A stretch of DNA of 64,000 bases, taken from positions 1,272,389 to 1,336,388 of the forward strand of contig CM121343.1 of assembly GCA_051530055.1 (NCBI GenBank), written 5' to 3'. The notes beneath the pieces are model-generated. The model saw only the letters and a program-made list of their open reading frames with translations. It searched no databases and was not told the DNA's origin. How positions within the stretch are numbered: position 1 is the stretch's first letter; every line of letters starts with the position of its first letter. Shown here in pieces: positions 1-13,000 of this stretch. Source of the stretch: Neoechinorhynchus agilis (taxonomy: Eukaryota > Animalia > Acanthocephala). The position numbers were made by a program, and so were the translations under genes.

Positions 1-984
1 TATGCTCTGAGCAAGAAATTGGATAAACCTTTCAGCACCAAAGGAAAAATCACCGTGATTCAGTTGAGTGTTAAATTTGAACAGCATATTGATTGTGGTG
101 GCGGATATATTAAAATTCTGGGTTCAGATGTGGATGTGAATAACTTCAGCAATGACAGTGTATACAGGATTATGTTTGGACCAGATATTTGCGGATCCCA
201 GAAAAACGCTATCCATGTGATCTTGGAACATAAAGGACATTTTTATCACAACAATAACTTTACCCGAAAATGCGAGGATGATATCGATACTCACATCTAC
301 ACTCTGATTCTTGACGAACCGGCCAAAACGTACGAAATTAAGGTGGACAATAAGAGTGTGAAGAATGGATCACTTGAGAATGACTACGATTTTTTGGCAC
401 CTAAAAAAATAAAAGATCCAAAGGCCATTAAACCTGAAGATTGGGACGACCGTGAAGTTGTTGACGATCCAGAGGATAAGAAACCTGAAGATTGGGATAA
501 GCCGGAGTTTGTTAAAAGTTCGAATGCTGAAAAACCTAGCGATTGGAATGAGGAAGTTGATGGAGAATGGGAATCACCTATGGTTCCGAACCCCGAGTTT
601 AAAGGAGAATGGAAACCACGCAAAATGAAGAACCCTGCATACAAGGGACCCTGGATTCATCCTATGGTTGATAATCCAGATTATGTTCCGGACCCACATA
701 TTGGTGTGTACGAAGATCTTGGCTTGGTCGGATTCGACCTATGGCAAGTAAAGGCGGGTACCGTTTTTAGTGATATTTTGATAACTGATGATATTGATTA
801 CGCTGCGAGGCGAGCCACAGAGATCGTGGAAGCGTCTAAAGAAGAAGCGCAAGTGACGAAGTCCGATGATTTAGACGAAAAGCCGTCCTTTGATTCTGAC
901 GTTTCAGAACCTCATGATGATGTGGAAGATGAAGACGATGAAGTTGAAGATTCTATGCCATCAAATGGCCACGAGGAGCTCTGA
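1..984 (+). CDS. CALR: Calreticulin, 5'-partial (frame 1 is open from base 1)
   Basis: IMFGPDICG motif, P-domain repeats (DPKAIKPEDWD, DPEDKKPEDWD, GEWESPMVPNPEFKGEWKP), GFDLWQVKAG, acidic tail and C-terminal HEEL ER-retention signal. No intron in the visible part. Confidence 0.96.
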   Translation, partial: YALSKKLDKPFSTKGKITVIQLSVKFEQHIDCGGGYIKILGSDVDVNNFSNDSVYRIMFGPDICGSQKNAIHVILEHKGHFYHNNNFTRKCEDDIDTHIYTLILDEPAKTYEIKVDNKSVKNGSLENDYDFLAPKKIKDPKAIKPEDWDDREVVDDPEDKKPEDWDKPEFVKSSNAEKPSDWNEEVDGEWESPMVPNPEFKGEWKPRKMKNPAYKGPWIHPMVDNPDYVPDPHIGVYEDLGLVGFDLWQVKAGTVFSDILITDDIDYAARRATEIVEASKEEAQVTKSDDLDEKPSFDSDVSEPHDDVEDEDDEVEDSMPSNGHEEL

Positions 985-1467
985 TTTAGGGTTGCTTTTT
1001 TGATATTTCGGTGCTGTTTGAATCCAATGAGATATTTTCAGATTTAAGTGATTGATTGGAATGCAAATTAGGTTCATATCACACGAGATTGTCGTGTGTA
1101 ATTTTTATGTCTTTATAATTTGTAACGTTTGATCTCGCCAATGTAGTTATTTTTCTCAAATGTTTTGAAGATTACAGGTAACAGCAATAATAGCAATAGC
1201 CTAAACGTTGTATATTACGACTAATGAACCGCTGCTAAATGCGCCCATGTTGATATCTTACCGAAAATGACATTGTAGATCATACGAGCTGCTTTAGTAT
1301 ATCGGTATTCGTCAATGATATTGAGATAACTGCCACCTTGGAGTCAATAGAATATCTCCCTGTTTTTTGTTGACAGATTTTTCCACTTTGAGAATCTGTG
1401 TTTGTAAGATCCTTTTATTAAGTCAAACCTAAGATTACTTAAGGATTGCATTCGGATGGTTGGATAT

Positions 1468-2002
1468 GTTGTTATTTAGGTAGCTTGTCGACACCTGAAT
1501 AAAACCGCGTTAAAGACCAATTAGTATTTCGACTGATTGAATCAGAGTCATTTTATCAATTCAATATATAATTTCATAAGAATTTGCCACAAACACATCA
1601 CATGATTGTTTTGATTTTGACTCGGGAACCAGGAATCGTTAACTCCATAAGCGAAGACCAGCCTGCCTGGTTCTGTATAGAAAATATGAAATTCCATCGA
1701 CTGATAAAAGAGCCGATATTTATATTGAAATGGTCAACATGATGGAAAAGAATAAAGCAAAAGTTTCCATCCAATTACCTGTAGTTGGCCTAAATGCACC
1801 CAGGGAAGCTAGTCTTCGCCTACGAGGTTGACGATCCCGGGTTCCCGAGTCAAAATGAAAACAATCATGTCTTGTGTTCGTGGCAAATTCTTATGAAATT
1901 TTAGATTGAATTGATAAAATGACTCTGATTCCATCAGTCGAAATATTCATTCGCCTTTAACGCAATCCCTCTCAGGTGTCGACAAGCGACCTAAATAACA
2001 AC
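1468..2002. mobile_element. MITE/foldback element with about 203-bp imperfect terminal inverted repeats
   Basis: 1468-1670 (gttgttatttaggtagcttgtcgacacctga...gcctgcctgg) is the reverse complement of 1800-2002 (ccagggaagctagtcttc...tcaggtgtcgacaagcgacctaaataacaac). Non-coding spacer of about 130 bp. No clear TSD. Confidence 0.8.
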
Positions 2003-2118
2003 TTAAGATTATGTCGATATGTGAGGTACCGGGGAATGTGATTAGAATTATTATTTAGTTCTTCACCCGGTGTTTATTAAAGCCATCTCGAATCTCTCTA
2101 AAATACAAGTAGAAGAGG

Positions 2119-2220
2119 GCTGCTATCTACAAAGTTTCTTGTAGTCGATGAAACAGCAGTTACATCGGACAAATAAGCCGGAATCTGAAGACGAGATTGG
2201 TAGGACATAAAAAATTTTAG
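2119..2220 (+). pseudogene. Penelope-like element GIY-YIG endonuclease relic
   Basis: Manual translation AAIYKVSCSR*NSSYIGQISRNLKTRLVGHK matches the PLE pattern YxIxCxxCxxxYIGQTxRxLxxRxxEH, with one Cys mutated to stop. Confidence 0.65.
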
Positions 2221-2909
2221 ATTACTAATTAATTTTTTTAAGAGCGAATGTACAGCAAGGATTTGGTAGATTATGCCCCGAGCCGTGTTTTTCCAACTCT
2301 TGGTACCACGAAAATTTTCTAATTGTTTTGATCAGTTCGCATGCGGCGGATATCGAAGGTGAACGTTGTTGTGGTGCAGATTATGTTAACCTTCATAGAC
2401 GTTTCCATACTTTCGTCGTTTGTGTTCAATGAAAGTACGGATTTTTATAAGCCGGATTAAGATTTTTAAATGTGATTTTCGAAATTAATTCAAACCTATG
2501 AAATCTTTACACTTGAAGTATTGTCTAAGAATTAACAAAATAAAATTAGATATCGATAGATATTGTGGACGTTGTAGCAACTGACAATATTCTTTGATTT
2601 CCGCGACTTAACTAAGCCGGGCAGGTGACACGGTGAAATCGTCAGAACTTATGGAATGAACATTTTAGCCAAATGGGCATACTCGAAGCATTGCTTCACT
2701 TGTTTATAAAAGTTACACATTCTGTGAATAGAAAAATATCGAGCGTTGTTCTAAATGTGGATGAATAACGCTTGATGCATTTTGAGTCTTCTATGAGTAG
2801 AACAACGACTGTTTTAGATGCTGTTTTTGACATGGCCGTATCCATGTCGGGGGAAAATATTCACCTGAGTTTTGCAATAAGTCGTACCGAATATTTTGCA
2901 TGACATATT

Positions 2910-5900
2910 ATTAATTAATAATTGATATAATATTTATTCGAAGAAGACAGTAAGGATCGTAGTTAAATGGTGTGAAACCAGTGATCAAGTAGTTGCCTTC
3001 AGATCATTGCTGCCCATTTTTGTGCTTTTTTAGCCCAGTCGTCGTTGTGTATTTAGGAGTAAGGGAGTAGTTTGCTCAAAGCTTCAAGGAAAGTGCTAGT
3101 GTCGAATAGAAGACTAGGCCTGAAATGGCCCATGAATTCCAGATACTTTTAGAGTTGTGCGGACCGAGTCCGAGTTTGGAAGATCTTTTGGCTTTCTGAT
3201 TAGCAACGCGTAAGAGTCTTTTGAATTTGCTGAGGTCATGCTTTGGAAACATATTAGAAGTGAGTGTGAAGTCCAAAACCGAAATCTTATTAAAAATCGA
3301 TAAAGATGTCAGATTAAAAAATGCATTATAAAAGCCGCGGACCCGTCGTTTCCCTCTACTGATCTGGATTTTAAAATAAATTGCGTTTTTTGTGGGTTAA
3401 GTGATAAGCCCATTTGTGGAAGAGTGGAGTTAAGATATTCCAGTAACTCTGCTAGTTTATTTATGGCAGTTAGGTAGTTCGATTCCTTGATTACCGCAGT
3501 AAAGTAGTCTGCATATAAGGTCAAATCATCGCAGACAGTATAGTTCTTAATAAGGAATTGGGAGGCCAAGCAGAAAAGGATGGATGAGAGCGGTGACCCT
3601 TGCGGCACTCCTCTCGTTTGGTGATAGATTTGTTGGAAAGCATCGTCTTGGAAATAGAACTTTTTAGATTTCATGGTATTGTGTACCCTCGCGATGAGAT
3701 TATAAGGGAATTGGTAGTAGCGGAGAATCCTTATAATAAAATCGATAGCAATGTTATCGAAAGCTTTCGAAATATCAAAAGATATTAAAATATTCGTTGC
3801 TTTCTGATTTAAAGTTAGCTATAATTGCAGTCATTGCCGTATGTACATGAGGTAGAAATCCATGGCATCTCCGATCGATGCAGTCATTGTCCAAGGCAAA
3901 CTGTAACAGAGACCTGGCTAGGGCCCTTTCAAAAATAAAAACCAATGAGTTTTGTATAGATATCGGGCGAACATCTCCTCCGGCTGTAACCTTTTTCCCC
4001 TCTTCTTTATAAAGAAAATTCGTTTCGAAAGGTTAATGTGTGCCCATTCTTCAGGGAGGGCATAGATCACAGCCTTAGCAATTCCGATAATATTAGCCTT
4101 ATTCAGAACATTGGTGGCTTTCAAGCAAATTGAAGAGCCGTTGTCCGAGGTCTTGTCCCTCGACCTCGACCATTGAACAATGTCGGAGGCTTGGAGATCG
4201 GACCTTCTAACCTTTTCTTAGAAACAACACGCCACCACTGAGAAGAGCTTGATATGAGTGTTTAAATCCAACATCTATCCCTGTTCACTTGGTGACGGGC
4301 TCTGCATGGCCAATACAAGGACGACGAGAATTTGACCGCTGAAGGGTTACCTTGCTTCTTTGCACACATCAAGTTTTTCCATAAAGGGAAATAATCCTCG
4401 GGGTTTCACAGAAGCGATTAACGCGCTTGACCGTGGCAAGAAAGTCCCCGCTGGCAGAAATTAAAAAGTTATTAATTTGGACCAGCGTAGCATTCCTGTT
4501 TCCGATGAAAAAGAAATTTAAAGCAGCGTTAAAGGGGTAGATGTTTAGGGCGTTAAGTTTGAATTTCTTACAAAGTGAGATATTCTTGTCAAAAATTCAA
4601 ATGATGCAGTCGTGTCATATTCTCCGAATGGCCAAAGGTTTTAAGGAACATCTTCGCCGCCAAAGGCATAGATCCAGGTATGAAGATGAGAATGAAGCTT
4701 GAAATGTGGGAAAAGTGGGGGAAACAATGTTGTGGGAATCGGTTGCTCTAATTACGGATTTTAGCCACTTCTGGGGTGGATCATTAAAGTCTCCAAAGAT
4801 AAAATCTATATCTGTGTTTAAAGTGGTTTTTAGGCAAACCCTGGACGCAAGTAAATGTATTTTGCTGGGTCTAATGTAAATATTACATAATAAGAAAATA
4901 TCACCTTTATAGTTGAAATAAAAGATCACATAGGACATATTAGGGGATGTGAATTCGGAAACCCGTTTAGGTAAAAAATATGGTCGAAACAATGTTAAGA
5001 GGCCTTGAGAGTTGGCAGAGAAAGGAGATGTTATAAAAAAGATAAAGTCATTAAAAAGACTTATCAGGTTACTTGGAAGGTCTGACATCGGGTAGATCGA
5101 TTTGGTTTCCTGTATCAAAAGTATGTCGCATTCTCTTAGATCGGGCTTCAGTTGCGATAGGGCTGACGACTTCCCTGCGTTCCACTGCACTAACCTGAGG
5201 CTCATCGCGCCCTACCCTTTACGCTTGGAGAATAGTTTCTGAGGCTTCGAGATCATCTTGTGAGTGCCATTCTCAATGATCCGTTTTTGTTCGTCGATGA
5301 TTTGCCTTACAAAATTCTCATTATTGAGGGCGGAAGTGTCATTGTCCTAGGGAGCGTTGGTCGCATTATTCGGAGGGAAGTGAAAACATCCTCTTTTGGC
5401 AGGTACTTCCGAAGGCATTGAAGAAATTTTAAGAAGACCGGAGAGGTTGTTGTTAATAGAGTTGACCAGCGCTTCGAGATGAGCTGCAAGTCTCTTCTCC
5501 AGTCCTTGAATTACATTGTTTATCCTTCTTTCCACCAGGCTCATAACGTTCTCTGAGAACTTCTTGTCCAGTGAACAGAAGGAGATACGACAGTTTTTGC
5601 AAACGAGCAGTGACCCACTAATCCGCAGCTAGCGCATTGTTTTGACGACTTTGGGCATGCTGATGAGTGATGGCCTGCAGCACAGATGGCACACACTATC
5701 TTTTTGGACGGGCATTTTTGTGCCCAATGTCCCCATTTTTGACACGCGTTGCATCTAGGGAAGATATAATCATGCTGATGCGAGATCTCGTTCATTAAAG
5801 AATTTCACCTCCATTGACATAAAGGAGCATGAAGATGTTTTAAGTTTCTCTCGAATATAAATGGGAGCTTTTACCACAGCGCGTGGGATTGGTTTGCCTG

Positions 5901-6275
5901 TTCTTAGAGATTTCAAGAAAAAATCACTTCGCAGCCAAATTTGCTTTCGAAGGCTTTTTTATCTTCTTGTTCTACATCTGGAAATAGACTCGAGACAATG
6001 AATATTGATTTGTAACTGGAGTCCGTATATTTGAGACAGAGGTCATTTTTTAAGTTGTTAAGGAAGTTTGTATATTGTCTCATGAAAATGTCGGAGATGA
6101 ATTGGATTTTCAAGGTGCCTCCATAGTATGAGATCGATTTGATACTGTTATAATCATCTTTCAGCGATCGAAGCCATGGCGTTACGTAATGTTTGTGAAG
6201 AAGGTCCCGAGGTTGGATTAGATTAGTCGTAAACGAGACAGAAAATGGCCATTTTTTAATCGGGGGATCTTGATA
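2910..6275 (-). mobile_element. Non-LTR retrotransposon, family J (ORF1 with CCHC knuckles; ORF2 APE + RT), decayed
   Basis: ORF1 pieces 5913-6113 and 5541-5795 (CNACQKWGHWAQKC, CAICAAGHHSSAC). APE 4615-5205 (VQWNAG, LIQET, NIYIRP, GDFND, YLDL). RT 3309-3674 (RGVPQGSPLSSILF, LYADY). Confidence 0.85.
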
Positions 6276-6276
6276 T

Positions 6277-7400
6277 TATTATAAACACGTTTTACTACTT
6301 AAGAAGAACGATCCATACACTTGCCAGCATCCATCTTTGCTGAAGGTGTCAGGATGTCGGATGTTGAGGCAGGGAGGTGGGACTTGTCTTTGAAGGAGTT
6401 TTACAGGAGAATGACCGATTGAGAGTCTTTCCCCGTTCTCCGGTTGTTAAGGAAAGATTGGGCTTGGGGGAGGAAAGATTTTTGGTAGAGGGTGGTACGA
6501 GCGAGGGGGGATGAAAAAGGTTGGGGGTTACGGGTGTTTACGAGGGATGAGTATTTAGAGATGAGGGAAGAAAATTGTGGAGGGAGTTGAAGAAGACGGA
6601 GGCCGTTTTTGGAGAAAATGGAGTGGAGGTGGGCGTCGAGGGAGTGAAGTCTCACATATTCTCCCTGCTCTCTTGTGGAAGGTTTCGATTGAATGGAGAG
6701 CATTGACGGAAAGGGCGAGGAAAGTGGGTAAGGCGTATGTAAGGATAGGAAGGATGGCAGAAAGATAAAAGTGGGCAAGGTGTTTAGGGGATAAGACGAG
6801 GATTTGCTTTAGAGAGTGTAAATGAAATGTGGGCATCCCAGTTAAGGTTCTCTTGTAAAATCAGGCTCAGTATTCGGAGAGAAGAGGAGCGTTGGATGGG
6901 GAGTGGGAGAGGCGCGGGGATAAGATTGCGTTTGGAAATGTGGGGGATAAGCTCTAAAGATTGAGCGAGGAAATGGGATGGTTGAGCTCGTCCATGGTTG
7001 TGGAGAGGGAGAGAGAGGGAGATGCGATGGAAATGACTGTGAGGTCATCTACATAGAGAAAATATTTGGTAGGGGGAGTGAGGGGATGAAGGTCATTTAG
7101 AAAAATGTCAAAGAGGAGAGGGGAAAGTACGGCGTCTTGGGGGACCCCTTTAAATATGGGCAGAGAAGAGGACAAGAAGTTCCACATTGTATATATTGTT
7201 TGCGGTTGGAGAGGAAAGAGGAAATCCAAGCGAATTGCCAGGTTGGGAGGCCAAAGGAAGCACATACTTGGAGGAGAAGGCAGTGATCTACCGACTCGAA
7301 CGCCCTGGAAATATCCAGTTGCACGAGACGGACGGTTGATGCTGGATTGGAATCCAAGCTGCGCACAAGCGTATCGTAGATGCAGAGGAGGGCATCAGAA
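6277..7400 (-). mobile_element. 5'-truncated copy of CR1/L2-like LINE family A
   Basis: Near-identical to 15440-16600 with a small internal deletion. RT motifs GVPQDAVLSPLLF and YVDDLT. 3' end GTAAAACGTGTTTATAATAAT. Confidence 0.85.
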
Positions 7401-7659
7401 CAGTCATTGGCTGAGGTTTGTTGTATGTTCCCGAAAGACTGCTGACAGGTTTCAGGAAAAGTGGAACTTGGGTTTCTCGAAACTTGATGTATGGTCCCGA
7501 GGGTATGTTGTGTGTCCCCGAGCAACTGGTGGCATGCTTCGACGTTGGATTGTCTCTCTTCATCTCCATCCGTATCCATTAGTCCCGTAACTAGATCATC
7601 GTCCGGAGGAACGGGCGGAAGATTGAAGACATGCGAGGAATGATTTGGTGGCCGTTTGC

Positions 7660-8194
7660 CACCCTCCGCCGTAACACTTGGTTGCGAAAACATGCAGGAA
7701 TACGATACACGCACCGTCCTCCAATTGAGTCACCCGCTTTGTATACGAACAGTTATTTCGGGTCCGAGGGAATTTGTCATATTTACTTCGCTGCCTAGAT
7801 ATTTCACTGTTCTTCTCATCGTCAAATCCACACCTTCTAACTTTAGCGTTTCTGGTCCCATGCATATCGTCTTCAACCTGTTTACCTTAAGACCGTTGGC
7901 CTCCAATGCCTCACGCCACCCTTCCAGACTTCGCTAAGCCGCTTCATGTGTTTCAGCTGTCACAATCAAGTCATCAGCGAACAATAGTGTCTATGGAGGC
8001 TTTCGGGCGATTTGCTTAGAACCCAACACATCCATGATCGTGACGCATAGGAAAGGGCTGAGAGCTGATCCGTGATGCAATCCAACTATAATCTCAAAAT
8101 AGTTTCTCTCCCACACTGCATCTGACACAAGTACAGGATCCTTCGTACATGATCTGGATTGCTCTTGTGTATTCACGGTCAGTGAAATCAACAA
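7660..8194 (-). mobile_element. RTE-like RT C-terminal fragment
   Basis: GLHHGSALSPFL, LLFADDL, EALEANGLKVNR and VKYLGS, read across stops and frameshifts. Confidence 0.75.
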
Positions 8195-9599
8195 TAAGCT
8201 GTTCGTTATGCTTCTTAGTTCGTGACCGGCCTCCGCAACTTATAGCCCCCCTTTTACAGGCTTTAGCTTAGAAAGTTGCTTTATAGTCTAATTTTTTATT
8301 ACGACCCTTTAGAGTCATTTTTAATTATGTTACTTTCAACAAAACTGGTTTTTTAATTCAGAATTTGATGCGATAAGGATGTAATTTAATTAAGGCTTTT
8401 CCCGCGCTCGACACAACTTTTCATAAAATTATTGGGACAAAATAAATTCCCGGTATCAAGACCGGGTCGATCAGGAAGCCTAAATCTACGAATTAAGATG
8501 CCAATATATAAACCTCATAACATAAGCACGAGATATAGTTCAAATATAGCTTAAAACAATTGTACTTGCAGTGATTGGTTCCTTCAATTACCCAAATAAC
8601 AAGAACGCCTGGCAGGATTGAGAGAAAGCTGATAAAAAATTGTTAAGGAGATCCTGAAAAGGATAAATGTGGCATATTAAATATATTACCGTTTTTAACA
8701 ACGGGGAAATAGTTTAGTAATCATTTATTAAGTTCACAGTTAACGACAAAGTTGCACAGCGTTTTTGTTCTGAATGTCAAACTTCAACATTTGAACAAAA
8801 ACTCGGATCATGCGATTTAGTACTTAAGTGTCAGTATTCGATAAGCAGTGATCAATCGTGAATGTCATTTTGCAATTTAAAGAAATCCTTAATATTAGTC
8901 AATGGTGTAAAGCTCAAGAAGCGCTCGTAGTCAAATAAGGCGAATTGCAGACTAAAACTCAGGATTAAGCACCCTTAACTACCTCTACATTTCAGAGAAG
9001 TTCGACGAGACGGGCGAAATATTGGGAATTAATTAATCAATCTCTATTCTTCCCATCAATAAAAAATACAGTGACTGGGCAACGTTCGAGCTGCACCAAT
9101 CGACGTTGCTAGTAAGCCCTCGAAGACGGAATGGGTTCAAGCCGTCCATTAAGCTAGAGCAAGACAACGGGATCGAGTGAAGGGCCAATAGTATTGCAGA
9201 TTCCGTGGGTTTGGGATCCGAAGTAAGCGACCGCCGAGATGGGTCGGGCGGGAGCTTTGCTGGAAGGTCGCAAGCCTAGTTCCGGTGTGAATATCTCGAA
9301 GCATTTCGTATCTTCCACATATCGCTCCTTTTTCACATGAGCACAACACTCGAAATCCTAATTCATTTTACCCTCCTTCGGCCTCGCACCTCCCTATACT
9401 TGCGCTCCTTTTTCCGTGCTGCCGAATCTTCGGGAATATCATACCTTGAAATGAACCTGAGGAAAGACCAACCTTACAAGCGCTCCTGCAAACAATAACC
9501 ACAAATTCCCATCAGAACGGACCTTCCAACCCAACTGGATATTCTCAAACGAACGGACATAGTTTCACCCGAACGGACATTCCTCGACTGGATATTCCC

Positions 9600-10896
9600 A
9601 TCATATAAAGATAATACTAGGAGAGGAGTGCGCCACGCAACGTAGAGTGCTCGTGATGGACCTTAATATTCGAGGGAAATCCAAACAGCCGACAATGAGC
9701 ATTGCGCAGAAAATCAAGTGGTGGAGGCTAAAGGATCCTATACTCAGGGAAAAGATAAAAAAAATGGTGTTCACCAGAAATTGAGCGAGAATGTGGCTGA
9801 ACTGTAACGCTGGTGGAATTAGACAGCCGAAGTGATTCGTAGTGAAGCAAAGAACATCATAGGAATGACATCGGGGAAAGCTCCACCTCAAAGCAAAGAG
9901 ACATGGTGGTGGAATCCATCCGTCAAGGACGCAATCAGTCTGAAAAAGTCAGCGAGGAAAAGATTGGATTTTGACTCTTCGGTCTCGAATGCAGGCGCTT
10001 ACAAACAGGCAAAACGGAAGGCCTCACGAGAATGCGCCAAAGCCAAGAGGGAAGCCAATAACGACATGTACAAGCAATTACAGCGATGGAGTTGTAGAGA
10101 TATGGTCTTCAGATTGGCCACAGTCAGGGATAAATAATCACGGGATATCGTGCTCCTCAAAATGATCATTGATAGCCACGGAAAGACGCTGGAACAATGC
10201 AAGGACATTTTGGATAGGTGGAAGGAATATGTCAACACTCTGCTGAACACTGAGAATGACAGACTGCCTCTAGAGGACGTTCACCCGAATGTCAATATGA
10301 CGAGGCCGTTGCACAGCTCAGGAAAACGAAGACTGGTAGGAGTGCCGGTCCAGATAATATTGTAATCGAGCTGTGGCAATCCCTGGGAGTCTTCGGAATA
10401 AAGTTGCTCATGAGGCTCTTTCAGAAGATAGATATGGCGGAAAAGATCCCGTCGGAATGACAGGGAAGCATATTAATACCGATTTTCAAAGGAAATGTTC
10501 TGCAGTATAGGAGCTACCGCGGCATCCAACTCATGTCGCACACAATGAAACTGTTGGAACGAATGATCGATCACATGATTAGAGAGGCGATCCGAATCAG
10601 CGAGGATCAACGGGGATTCATGCCCGGCAGAAGCACAATCGATGCAATATTCGTGCTAAGGCAGCTGAGTGGTTCAGTGAGATGCAGTGTCCGCTGCACA
10701 TTGTGTTCGTCGATTTGGAAGGTGCGTACGACACGGTCCCTCGAGATCTGGTGTGGGCATTCCTCAGGAAAAGGAATTGCCCCGAACACTATGTCGCCGC
10801 GATCCAAGCGATGTTTCAAGAATGCTACACCGGCGTGCGATGCCACAGCGGAGCCACCGACTATTTCCGAGTCTCCGTGAGTCTGCAACAGGAGAG
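9600..10896 (+). mobile_element. RTE-like retrotransposon fragment (end of APE, linker, N-terminal half of RT)
   Basis: ILGEECATQRRVLVMD, IKWWRLK, KETWWWNPSVK, YRGIQLMSHTMKLLER, GFMPGRSTIDAIF, FVDLEGAYDTV. Cut off mid-RT at about 10896. Confidence 0.85.
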
Positions 10897-12004
10897 GGAG
10901 AGTATGGGTATTGAGGAGCTTAGAGATCGCTCAAACTCAGCTCCTACTATCCTTTAGTCTCCTATTTTTCATTTGGGGCTCAATAGAGTCGAACTCTCAA
11001 GCAATTAATTTTATCTGTATAACAGTACAACAGTATGCATGTGAAATAAATAAATAAAAAAACGCAGACAAATAAGATGCCGATGAATAGCCGAGTAAAG
11101 AATGCTGGTCATGTTCCAATCTTTATGTTAGACCTTAAATGGCAAGTTTCGGCCTTGTGCAAGGAGGGGTCGTTGTTTGGCAAATTAAAAGTGTTAACAT
11201 TCAACCATCAGAAGGCATAACTTATAGTAAAGATGTTCATCATTTACTTTTTATAGCAAATTATAATAATTGATTTATTTGATAATTTCCGACATTGGTG
11301 CAGACCTTCTTCGGTCTATTGCTTGCAAGTTTTTTCAACTATGAATCGTCGACGAGGGTAAGATCCACGAGGCTGTATTTAACGCTGCTGCAATGTCTCA
11401 TGGAGAAACAGCAAGAATTAATGGAGATGATGATAAAGCAAATTGGGATTTAAAAGAAAATGGAAACGCTGCGCAAGACAGCATGTTACTGGAAATATCT
11501 GCTGGGCCAAAATAGAAAGTGTTTCAAATGTGGAAGGATGGGACACTTGACCGCCTTCGAGTATATAAACATTAAAGCTGCTCGAAATTGTAACACGTAT
11601 TAATTTAGTTCCGCTGACTATTTTATTGATCAATATGGCACAACTCAGAGCAAAAGAAACATTCCTTTCCAACCAAAATATTCCTTTGTTTGCTAGATTT
11701 AAATTGCTCCCTCGCTCGCTCCATTCTGCGACTACATGGCCCACTGTGAATAACCAAAGACGATTTAAGAAACACTCGTTTGCAGAATTCGCATTCCTGA
11801 CGCACATCCTCTGGTGTATCATTGCGGTCACTAAATCAATTTTGGTTAATAAAGGATTCTAATTTCAAATGGATGAAATTCTCCTACCTCATTATCCAAG
11901 AAATTATTTCGACCAATCGAACTTTGTGATACTTTCATTTGTGCTTCTCATTGCTCAGCAACCAGTCCGCAATCGCAAACTTCTTTGAGACTTTCAATCG
12001 TTAT
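10897..12004. repeat. Duplicated block, segment A, copy 1 (partner 41815-about 42914)
   Basis: High-identity match by eye from ggagagtatgggtattgaggagc to gagactttcaatcg. Confidence 0.9.
11623..11805 (-). pseudogene. Possible zinc-finger protein relic (C2HC/TRAF-type-like)
   Basis: CEFCKRVFLKSSLVIHSGPC fits CxxC-x11-H-x3-C and is followed by ECFFCSELC. Second copy near 42540-42720. Confidence 0.35.
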
Positions 12005-13000
12005 TTTTGAACTAGGCCTGACCTCAATAGGAGATTACCATTTCTGGGTACACGAATGATCACTTCAGTTTATAAAAAGTCCACGGAAATGAACAATTAT
12101 TCACTTTGGGTTAGTGCCCATAACAAGAACAAAAAAGGGCATTTTCAATGGCATTGTACGTCCAACCTTCAGCCTTTGCAGTGTGAAATGCTTTAGATAC
12201 GAACTCTAGCGGTAGGAGCGAATTTTTAGCAAGTTGGGATATCCAAGAAAGGCCACGGGAGATAAACCAGTCGAAGCGAAACGACTGTGATTCCGAATCG
12301 AACAGAAATGCGAATTGGATTGACGGAAAGTTGTTCACAGACCAACATTTATCGACACAAAATCTCGAAGACAATCACTAGCAGCGGTATGAAAATAAAA
12401 TGCGAATTTTACTTTCGACCGTTCATGAGGACAGAAAATCTCATTTCCCGAAAATACAAGGAGACAGAAAAGAGGGCGCAAATTCATCGGTCAGACAAGC
12501 CGGAATTTTAAGACGAGATTGGCTGAACACACGCGGACCAAGATGCAGGGAAGGGCAGCAGCGTCGAATGTTGCGTTTAACAAGAACAACCAATGTACCC
12601 CTTGTTTGTGGAACTGATGATGAAACCGAAGAGGTACGAAACGTCCGTAATAAAATATTCTCTATCTGGTGAAGACCTAAATAACAAATTGAATCAATTA
12701 CCGAGGTAGTTTATATCATTTTGAAAGAACCTTCTCTCTGTAGAAAAGATTTAATAATGATACTTCTTTTATAGATAAGTAAGAGATTGTCTTTATATAT
12801 CAACGGCTAACTCGCGTGAAATAGTCCTAAATAACAGGATGTCCATGCCATTAACACTTTTTCGTAACCCTTTCATGGTTACTAGATTCCATGGTCATCA
12901 TTAAGAGTCTTATGGTTATCACTAATATTGAAAAACGGCGGATTTGTTACTACTTTATGGAAAAAAAGTTCAAATTTTTACTTATTTCTTGTAAATCACC

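Noticed and set aside
1081-1097. Small hairpin acacga-gattg-tcgtgt in the calreticulin 3' region
   Set aside because: A 6-bp stem is expected by chance.
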